Below, one piece after another: positions 33,568 to 41,400 of a DNA stretch of 64,000 bases. A program made the translations under genes and the position numbers. The stretch's first letter is position 1. Each line of letters opens with the position of its first letter. The notes below the pieces were generated by a model, which made no database searches, was not told the origin of the DNA, and worked only from the letters and a program-made list of their open reading frames with translations. Source of the DNA: Thermoflexia bacterium (GTDB lineage: Bacteria; Chloroflexota; Anaerolineae; B4-G1); NCBI GenBank assembly GCA_011192155.1, contig DUEK01000002.1:12388-76387 (forward strand), written 5' to 3'.

Positions 33568-35415
33568 ATGTCCAATTGGGTTAAGAGATTCCTTGCCCCG
33601 CCGGTATTTGAGGACGACGAGGATCAGGCGCGTAATGCGGCGTTACTCAACACCCTTCTGTGGGCTACGTTCGGGATAATCGTAGCAGCCGCTCCGGTAC
33701 TGATCATATTCAATACAAGCGCGAGCGGTGTGTTTCTATCCACCGTGATTGTTGTGTTATTCGCTTTGGCAGTCCTGGGACTGATTCGAGTGCTGCATCG
33801 TGGACGTGTGCGGCTGGCAACCATACTCGTGCTGCTTCTTTTATTGGTGATGTTCACTGTCACAATCTATACCTTTGGCGGAATACGCAATACTACTGCC
33901 TCTGGTTACCTCATAGTCGTTTTCATAGCAGGATTGCTTTTGGGTGGGCGCGCCGCGCTCGTGTTTGGTTTATTGAGCATGTTGGGCGCGTTGGGCGTAT
34001 TCTGCGCTGAACGGTATTGGACTATTCCTATTCCGTTTACACCCAAGGTAAATTTTGATGACCTGGGTATGTTGTTTGCCTTTTCTGGCCTGATGGTGGT
34101 ATTGGTAAATCTTGCCCAGCGTAGCATTGTTAGCGCGCTCGAACGCGCCCGGAGCAGCGAGCGTATCTTGGCTGACGCCAACCGAGAACTGCGAGTTGAA
34201 CGTGATGCATTCCAGTCTCGCATCCGAGAGATGGAGCGCCGGTCTAGGCAGTTCCAAGCGGCGGCTGAAGTAGCCCGCGATATCGTTGCTGCTCGTGAAC
34301 TGGGCGACCTGCTGAACCGGGCCGTCAACTTGATCCGAGAGCGCTTTGGGTTCTACCACGCCGGCATTTTCTTGGTGAACGATCAGGGCGAGTACGCCGT
34401 CTTACAGGCAGCCACCGGCAAAGCCGGCCGCCAGATGCTGGAGCAGGGGCACCGGTTGAAGGTGGGCGAGGTGGGCATCGTGGGTTATGTCACTGCGGTG
34501 GGTCTGTCTCGCATCGCCCTGGATGTGGGGGCCGACGCGGTGCATTTCGACAATCCATTGTTGCCGGAGACTCGTTCGGAAATGGCATTGCCGCTTCGCG
34601 TGGGAAAGGATGTCATCGGTGCCTTGGATGTGCAGAGCCGGGACGCGGGGGCTTTTGACGAGGAAGATGTGACTATCCTACAGACGATAGCCGACCAGGT
34701 GGCGGTAGCCATCCAGAACGCCCGCTTGCTCCACGAAGCGCAGCAGACGGTGCGCGAGCTTGAGACGGTCTCTGGGCAATACACCCAAGAAGCGTGGCTC
34801 ACTGAGCGGCCGCGGGGATACCGTTACCGGGGGTTGGGTGTCGAGCAGGTTTTCGAATATCCCTCAGAGGTTCGCCAGGCGTGGCAGCAGGGAGACGCTT
34901 CGCTTCCCTTTGATCGTGAGGGAGACGCTTCGCTTCCCTTTGATCGTGAGGGAGGCGCTTCGCTTCCCTTTGATCGTGAGGGAGGCGCTTCGCTTCCCTT
35001 TGATCGTGAAGGGCGACTCATAACCACTCCTCAACTTGAGGCTGGGGGCGACGGGGGAGAAACTATCAGCAGCCTGGCCGTGCCTCTGAAACTGCGCGAC
35101 CAAGTGTTGGGCGTACTCCACCTGCGCTTTGAGGATGATGCGGCCTCGCCCGAAATGATTTCGCTGGTTGAAGAGATGGCCGACCGCTTGGCCCTGGCTC
35201 TGGAAAGCGCCCGCCTGTTCGAGGAGACGCAATCCCGCGCCCGGCGCGAGCAGACCATCCGCCAGATCACTGAGCAGATGCGCCGTGCCGTGGATGTGGA
35301 GACCATCCTGCAGACTACCATTACCCGCTTGGGAGAGGCCGTGGGCGCGCCTCGGGTCTATGTCCGTCTGGGTACCGGGGTGGAAAAGTTGTCAGATAAC
35401 AATAAAAGGAGTTGA
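33568..35415 (+). CDS. 6TM / coiled-coil / GAF / GAF-like receptor protein without an output domain (paralogue 8)
   Basis: Five to six hydrophobic helices. GAF1 'FGFYHAGIFLVNDQGEYAVLQAATGKAG...TRSEMALPL'. Linker with a 4x 'DASLPFDREG' repeat. Tail 'QSRARREQTIRQITEQMRRAVDVETILQTTITRLGEAVGAPRVYVRL'. Confidence 0.85.
   Translation: MSNWVKRFLAPPVFEDDEDQARNAALLNTLLWATFGIIVAAAPVLIIFNTSASGVFLSTVIVVLFALAVLGLIRVLHRGRVRLATILVLLLLLVMFTVTIYTFGGIRNTTASGYLIVVFIAGLLLGGRAALVFGLLSMLGALGVFCAERYWTIPIPFTPKVNFDDLGMLFAFSGLMVVLVNLAQRSIVSALERARSSERILADANRELRVERDAFQSRIREMERRSRQFQAAAEVARDIVAARELGDLLNRAVNLIRERFGFYHAGIFLVNDQGEYAVLQAATGKAGRQMLEQGHRLKVGEVGIVGYVTAVGLSRIALDVGADAVHFDNPLLPETRSEMALPLRVGKDVIGALDVQSRDAGAFDEEDVTILQTIADQVAVAIQNARLLHEAQQTVRELETVSGQYTQEAWLTERPRGYRYRGLGVEQVFEYPSEVRQAWQQGDASLPFDREGDASLPFDREGGASLPFDREGGASLPFDREGRLITTPQLEAGGDGGETISSLAVPLKLRDQVLGVLHLRFEDDAASPEMISLVEEMADRLALALESARLFEETQSRARREQTIRQITEQMRRAVDVETILQTTITRLGEAVGAPRVYVRLGTGVEKLSDNNKRS
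34891..35010 (-). repeat. 30-nt tandem repeat, 4 copies, antisense orientation (read as G(D/G)ASLPFDRE)
   Basis: GGAG(A/G)CGCTTCGCTTCCCTTTGATCGTGA(G/A) at 34891, 34921, 34951 and 34981. It is the reverse complement of the GATCAAAGGGAAGCGAAGCG core. Confidence 0.9.
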
Positions 35416-35418
35416 GAA

Positions 35419-35781
35419 ATGGCATACGAACTCGAAATGAGAGACGACGGTATTTTGCGGATGGCCTTTATCGGTGATATGGATCAGCAGGACCTGGAAG
35501 CCTTTCGCCAAGAATTTGATCCATTCCTGGAATCGGCCACGGAGGCGGAACCGTTGCGCGTCCTCGTGGATGGCAGCCGGTCAGGAAAATACACGTCGGG
35601 AGCGCGCAAAATCTTTGTTGATCTGTACAGGTCTCTCAAAATAGGGAATGTGGCCCTCGTGGCCGCTCCGCGCTACAGCCGGGTGCTGGTCGGTTTCGTC
35701 CTCAAGGCTACTGGGCGGGATAACATTCATCTTTTTGACTCGGAGGAGGAAGGTTTGGCTTGGTTGAGGGGTGAAAGCTAG
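35419..35781 (+). CDS. Small STAS / SpoIIAA-like protein
   Basis: 120 aa. The alternating beta/alpha pattern 'GILRMAFIGDMDQQDLEAFRQEF...PLRVLVDGSRSG...ARKIFVDL...NVALVAAPRYSRVLVGFV' resembles the SpoIIAA-like/STAS fold. Starts 4 nt after the upstream stop. Family call unverified. Confidence 0.5.
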   Translation: MAYELEMRDDGILRMAFIGDMDQQDLEAFRQEFDPFLESATEAEPLRVLVDGSRSGKYTSGARKIFVDLYRSLKIGNVALVAAPRYSRVLVGFVLKATGRDNIHLFDSEEEGLAWLRGES

Positions 35782-35858
35782 TGGATTGCTGCCCGCCAGT
35801 AGGACAAGATATCACCAACCAAACCAACTAGTAACTATTATTTGTCGAGGAAACGACG

Positions 35859-38357
35859 ATGAGTGAGACCTCACTTGAGGAATATAGACAATTGGTGGAA
35901 AAGCAGGGATGGGCGTTGATGGACATCGTCCAATCCGTGGCTCTGGGCGACATGGACGCAAAGGTTGAGATCCCGGAGGGGATCGAAGTGCTTTCCGAGT
36001 TGGCCGTCGGCGTGGAGATGATGATTGATGATCTTCGTGAGATGTTGGCCGAGCAGGAGCGTGCTGGGGCGGAGTTGGCACGCCGCGCCCTGCAACTTTC
36101 TACCGCTGCCGAGGTCTCCCGCGCTTCCTCCTCCATCCTTCGCCTGGATGAGCTTCTTCCCCAGGCAGTGGAGTTGATCCGCGACCGTTTCAACTTTTAC
36201 TACGTCGGCATTTTCCTGTTGGACGAGGGAGGACAACGTGCGGTGCTGCAGGCCGGCACAGGCGAGGCGGGTCGTCAGATGTTGGAAGCGGGGCATGCAT
36301 TGGAGGTGAGCGATACCTCAATGATTGGTGGGTGCGTCCTACACAAAGAGGCGCGCATCGCGCTGGACGTGGGAGAGGAACCGGTACGTTTCAATAACCC
36401 ATTCCTGCCAGACACACACTCAGAGATGGCGTTGCCGCTGCTCAGCCTGAGCGAGCCCGTTGGCGCGATGACCATTCAGAGCACCAAGATGGCCGCTTTT
36501 AGCGAGGGGGACGTGGCGGTGTTGCAGACGATGGCCGACCAACTCGCCACTGCCATCGCCAACGCCCGCTTGTTCGAACAAACTCAGGCTACCCTGAGCT
36601 ATGCCGAGGCGCTCTACGAGGGCAGCGAGCGGGTGGTGCGTGCCACGACCATAGACGACGTTCTGCAAGCGCTGGTTCACTCAACCTTGTTGCAGCGACT
36701 GACCCGCAGCACTATTAATCTCTTTGATCGCCCATGGGGCGACGAGCGCCCCGAGTCTATGACGGTTGTGGCAGCCTGGGAGCGTGATGCAGCGTCAGCA
36801 GCGCCTGAGGGCAAAAGATTGTCCGTTTCTGTCGGCGTCCGCCACATGCTGGATCAGTTTCCGGCCACGCACTGGTTTGACCGGGATGAGCCGCGCATCG
36901 TGCGGGATATTGCCACAGACGAGCACATAGACGAGCGCACCCGCATCCTGTTCGCGGAGCAGCTTGGCCTGCAGAGCATGATGATTTTTCCCCTGGTTGC
37001 GGGCGAGCAGTGGATCGGTGTTCTCGCGGCGCAAGGTAACGTCGCGCTGGATGTAGGCGAAGCCGAGATTCGCCAGATCACCGCTCTGACCGAGCAGTCC
37101 GCTGCTGTGATTCAGAGCTTGCGATTGCTCCAAGAAGCCCAGACTCGCGCTCACCGCGAGCAGGCCCTGCGCGAGATTGCCGCCGTTGTTGCCGCTAGTA
37201 CAGACCTGGTGGCAGGTTTGCCCGCTATCACTGAGCACTTGTGTCAACTGATCCCCTTGGATGTACTGACCCTGGCTACCTACACCCCCGGCGAGCCGGA
37301 GTATACGCTCTTTGCCTCTCCCAATATGAGGGATAGCGAAGCGGCCCCTTCCAATATGAGGGATAGCGAAGCGGCCCCTTCCAATATGAGGGATAGCGAA
37401 GCGGCCCCTTCCAATATGAGGGATAGCGAAGCGGCTCTTGGCGCAGAGACGAAGGCCGATCACTTTGCCCGACCCGGCATCTATTTGCCGGTGGAGGGGA
37501 CCTGCCCTGGATGGGTCATTACCCATCGGGAACCCTGGCTGGAGGCGGACATTCGCCAGGAGATGCTATTTTTGGAGGATGAGCAACTTGTCTCTGAGGG
37601 AATAATCTCACGATTGTCTTTGCCGCTGTTGGTTGGGGAGCAGGTTGTCGGCACCATCAACCTGACCAGTACACAACCTAGCGCTTTTACTGAGGCGCAT
37701 CTGCTGTTCCTGCAGCAGGTGGCTGACCAGATGGCGTCGGCCCTGGATCGCTCCCGTCTGCTGCAAGAGACCCGCAGCGCCTTGACCGAGGCCGAGGCCA
37801 CCCACCGCGCCTACCTACAACGTGGCTGGCGTGATTATCTGCGCCAGCAAGAAACGCTGCAACAAGGGGCTTTCCTCTACGATCGGACGCAAGGAGCAAC
37901 CGTGCTGGATGGCTTGGCCGAACCCGTTGCCGGGCTTTGGTTGCCAGAGATGGAGCGCGCTCTGGCTGAAGGACTTGTCGCCGCAACCGGGAACGGTGAC
38001 GACGGGGAGCGACGAACGGGATTGGCTATCCCCATTGTCCTGCGTGGACAGACCATCGGCGTTCTGGGCGTGGATGACCCCGCTGGCGAGCATAGATGGT
38101 CTGAAGACGACCGGGCCGTGATCGAGGCGGTCGGGAGGCAATTGGCCCAAGCGTTGGAGAACGCCCGCTTGCTGGGAGAGACCCAGTTGCGCGCGCAGCG
38201 AGAACGCATTATCGGTGACATCGCCAGCCGGGTTCGCGCCTCTATGGATATGAAGAATATTCTACAGACAACCGTGCGGGAACTGGGCATAGCGCTTGGT
38301 ACCGACCGGGCCTTCATCCGGCTGAACCCAGACACACAGCCATCGGAGAAACCCTAA
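35859..38357 (+). CDS. Soluble degenerate-HAMP / GAF x3-4 receptor-like protein without an output domain (paralogue 9)
   Basis: No TM. HAMP-like remnant 'VALGDMDAKVEIPEGIEVLSELAVGVEMMIDDL'. GAF1 'FNFYYVGIFLLDEGGQRAVLQAGTGEAG'. Further GAFs. A 4x SNMRDSEAAP repeat. Tail 'QLRAQRERIIGDIASRVRASMDMKNILQTTVRELGIALGTDRAFIRL'. The stop lies inside a palindromic repeat. Confidence 0.85.
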   Translation: MSETSLEEYRQLVEKQGWALMDIVQSVALGDMDAKVEIPEGIEVLSELAVGVEMMIDDLREMLAEQERAGAELARRALQLSTAAEVSRASSSILRLDELLPQAVELIRDRFNFYYVGIFLLDEGGQRAVLQAGTGEAGRQMLEAGHALEVSDTSMIGGCVLHKEARIALDVGEEPVRFNNPFLPDTHSEMALPLLSLSEPVGAMTIQSTKMAAFSEGDVAVLQTMADQLATAIANARLFEQTQATLSYAEALYEGSERVVRATTIDDVLQALVHSTLLQRLTRSTINLFDRPWGDERPESMTVVAAWERDAASAAPEGKRLSVSVGVRHMLDQFPATHWFDRDEPRIVRDIATDEHIDERTRILFAEQLGLQSMMIFPLVAGEQWIGVLAAQGNVALDVGEAEIRQITALTEQSAAVIQSLRLLQEAQTRAHREQALREIAAVVAASTDLVAGLPAITEHLCQLIPLDVLTLATYTPGEPEYTLFASPNMRDSEAAPSNMRDSEAAPSNMRDSEAAPSNMRDSEAALGAETKADHFARPGIYLPVEGTCPGWVITHREPWLEADIRQEMLFLEDEQLVSEGIISRLSLPLLVGEQVVGTINLTSTQPSAFTEAHLLFLQQVADQMASALDRSRLLQETRSALTEAEATHRAYLQRGWRDYLRQQETLQQGAFLYDRTQGATVLDGLAEPVAGLWLPEMERALAEGLVAATGNGDDGERRTGLAIPIVLRGQTIGVLGVDDPAGEHRWSEDDRAVIEAVGRQLAQALENARLLGETQLRAQRERIIGDIASRVRASMDMKNILQTTVRELGIALGTDRAFIRLNPDTQPSEKP
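37321..37440 (+). repeat. 30-nt tandem repeat, 4 copies, divergent family member (read as SNMRDSEAAP)
   Basis: CCAATATGAGGGATAGCGAAGCGGCCCCTT is repeated four times, the last copy diverging. It shares AGCGAAGCGGC(C/T)CC with the ppk copy at 51993-52031. Confidence 0.85.
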
Positions 38358-38372
38358 AGGTTTTCTGAAACA
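38346..38372. repeat. Palindromic repeat (GGTTTTCTGAAAC-centred) containing the stop codon of paralogue 9
   Basis: GAGAAACCCTAAAGGTTTTCTGAAAC, with TAA at 38355-38357 inside the arm. Its reverse complement nearly matches 55218-55244. Confidence 0.65.
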
Positions 38373-38410
38373 GTTTGGATAGTGAAAACAGCCTGTAGGA
38401 GTAGTGAGCA

Positions 38411-41400
38411 ATGGCAAAGGCAAGTGATAAGCGAAAAACTAGCGCGCAACTGATTGAAGAGTTGCAGGAGCCAGCGGAGATGCCATGTGAGAGCGTGGAG
38501 CGTCTGAAGGTTCTGTTAGAATCCGTGCCGAGTGGGATTGTGGTGATTGACGCTGAAACGCACGAGATCGTTGCCGCCAACCCTGCCACTATCGAAATGC
38601 TCGGCGCTCCCCTGGAGCAGGTGATTGGTTCTGTGTGCCACAACTATATTTGTCCGGCGGAGAAGGGACGCTGTCCCATCACTGACCTCGGACAGATGGT
38701 GGACAAAGCGGAGCGAGTGTTGCTCACGCCCGACGGCGAGCGCGTGCCGATTCTAAAGACAGTGGCTTCCGTGATGCTGAATGGCCGTGAGCATTTGATC
38801 GAGAGCTTTGTGGACATCACCGAGCACAAACAAACAGAGCGTGCGTTGCGAAAGAGCGAGGAAAAATACCGAGTCATTCTCGATAGTATTGAAGAAGCAT
38901 ATTACGAGGTTGACCTGGCCGGGAATTTCACATTCTTTAACGACGCGCTGTGCGCGATGCTGGGGTACACCAGAGACGAGTTGATGGGCGCGAACTACCG
39001 GCAGTACACGGGCGATGAGAACACCGAGAGAGTGTACCAGACCTTCAACACGGTCTATCGGACAAAGGAACCGGCAGCGCTATTTGATTGGGAGATTATT
39101 AGAAAAGATGGGACCAACAAGTTGGTCGAGGCGTCTGTATCTCTGATGACTGACCCGGTAGGGGACGAGCCTCTCGGTTTCCGGGGTATTGTGCGCGATG
39201 TCACTGAGCGCGCCCGAAGCGAAGTGATTCGTGCGCGGACGGAGGCCGAGATCGTCAAGCTCAACAGCGAGTTGACCACTCTGAACAGGATCGGTCAAGC
39301 CCTTATCTCTGCTTTGAACATGGAGGAGACGCTGACCATTATCACTGAGCGTGTGTCCCACTTGATGGGTGTGGCGGCGGCCTCGGTGGTCCTTCACGAC
39401 GAGGCCCAGGGCGATTTGTATTTCGCCGCGGCATCTGGCGAGGGCGCGGATTTTGTATTGAGCGCCCGGTTTGGGCTGGGGCAAGGGATCGCAGGCTGGG
39501 TTGTCCAGCACGGCGAAGCGGCGATAGTGCCGGATGTATCGCAGGACGAGCGCTTTTTCGACGATTTGGACAAAAGGAGCGGCCTGACCACGCGTTCAAT
39601 TCTGTGCGTCCCCTTGCAGGCCAAAGGACAGGTGATTGGCGCTATCGAGGTGATGAATAAGAAGGCGGGGGACTTTGACCAGGAGGACTTGCGGTTTCTG
39701 ACTTCGCTGGCAGCGCCGGCGGCCACCGCCATCGAGAACGCCCGCCTGTTTGAGCAATCGCAGGCCTTCGCTCAAGACCTGGCCGTGCTGAACGAGTTGA
39801 GTCAGGCCCTCACCGCCCGCCTGAGCGTGGAGGAGGTGTTGGAGGAGGCGTACCGGCAGATCGCTCGCTTGGTAGATACGACCAACTTTTACATCGGACT
39901 CTACGACCAGGAGAAAGATGAGGTGGCTATTTCGTTTATGGTCTCTAAATCGGAGATTGACCGGCAGATTACGGTCATTCCTGCGGCTCATGGTTTCACC
40001 GGCTACATCATTCGCAATCGCACCAGCGTGCTCGTCAAGGAGAACGTGGCCGAGTGGTTGGAGGAGAAAGGGATTGAAATGGTGGGCGACCCTGCTTGTT
40101 CCTGGCTGGGAGTGCCGCTGCTCGTCGGCGATCAGGTGTTGGGGGTGATGGCGGTTCAGAGCTACACCACCCCCTGTCTCTATGGCGAACACGACCTGGA
40201 TCTGCTGATGGCCATCGCCGGCCCGATGGCCATCGCCATCCAGAACGCCCGGTTGTACGAGCAGGCGCAGCACGAAATTGGAGAGCGCAAGCAAGCGGAG
40301 GCGGAGGTGCGGCGGCGAGCGGAGCAAGCCGCGCTGACCTACGAAGTGGGCCAGCGCGTGAGCGGCGAGTTGGGGCTGGGCGAACTGCTAGCTGAAATAG
40401 TTACCGTTGTGCGTGATGCCTTTGATTACTATGGCGTGATGCTGCTGCTTGAGGAAGAAACCGGAAGACTCACACCTGATCAAGGGGAAGCGAAACGACT
40501 GACTTTACAATCTATTGCAGGCGGCTATGCCGATGTTTTTCCATCAGACCTTGAAATTGCTGTTGGAGAAGGAATGATAGGACATGCGGCGGCGAGCGGC
40601 AAATCTCAAATCAGCAACGATGTCAGCCAGAACCCCTATTACGCGCGCAAGGCGGAGGAGGAAACAAAGTCGGAGCTTGCCGTACCTATCAGGAGTGGAC
40701 GTAAACTCATTGGCGTGCTCGATCTGCAGAGCGATGAATTGGATGCTTTCGACGAGACCGACGTGATGCTGATGGAGACGCTGGCCGACCAGATCGGTGC
40801 GGCGATTGGGAACGCCCGCCTGTACGAAGAAGCCCAACGGCGGTTGCGAGAGCAGACCATGCTCTTTGACGTCAGTCAGCGCCTCGCCGATACCCCTTTG
40901 CAGGTCGACGAGATCGCCAAAGTCGCCGCCCGCCAGTTCACAGAGGTGATGGAGGCGGCAGAGTGCTCTCTCTCCTTGCTCGATCCCCAGGGAGATGCGC
41001 TACAAACTCTGGCGGACTTTGTGACCAAAGATGGGATCATTCTCCAGAACGATGAACAAGAGGAGGAATCGTTTGCCCTATCGGATTATCCGGCCACCGC
41101 CCGCGTGATGGAGACGCGGCAGCCGTTGGTGGTGCAGGCCAGCGACCCCGGCGCCGACCCAGATGAGCTGGCCTATATGCGCCAACATGAGATCGCCACG
41201 CTGGCTATTGTCCCTCTAGTGGCCAAAGGCCAGGCAGTGGGCGTCATAGAGATAGTGATGTGGGAAGAGCACCACTACACGGCGGAGTGGCTCAACTTGG
41301 CGATGACGTTGGCGAATCAGATAGCGGGGGCGCTGGAAAACGCGCGGCTGTACGAGGAAATCCAACGAGAGCTGACCGAGCGCAAGCGGATGGAAGAAGT

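Noticed and set aside
18875-38357. Repeated conserved tail plus variable regions raised the idea of a diversity-generating retroelement or cassette-switching system.
   Set aside because: The window contains no reverse transcriptase, template-repeat/variable-repeat pair with adenine-specific differences, or recombinase. Divergence is spread over whole sensor domains, as expected for ordinary paralogues.
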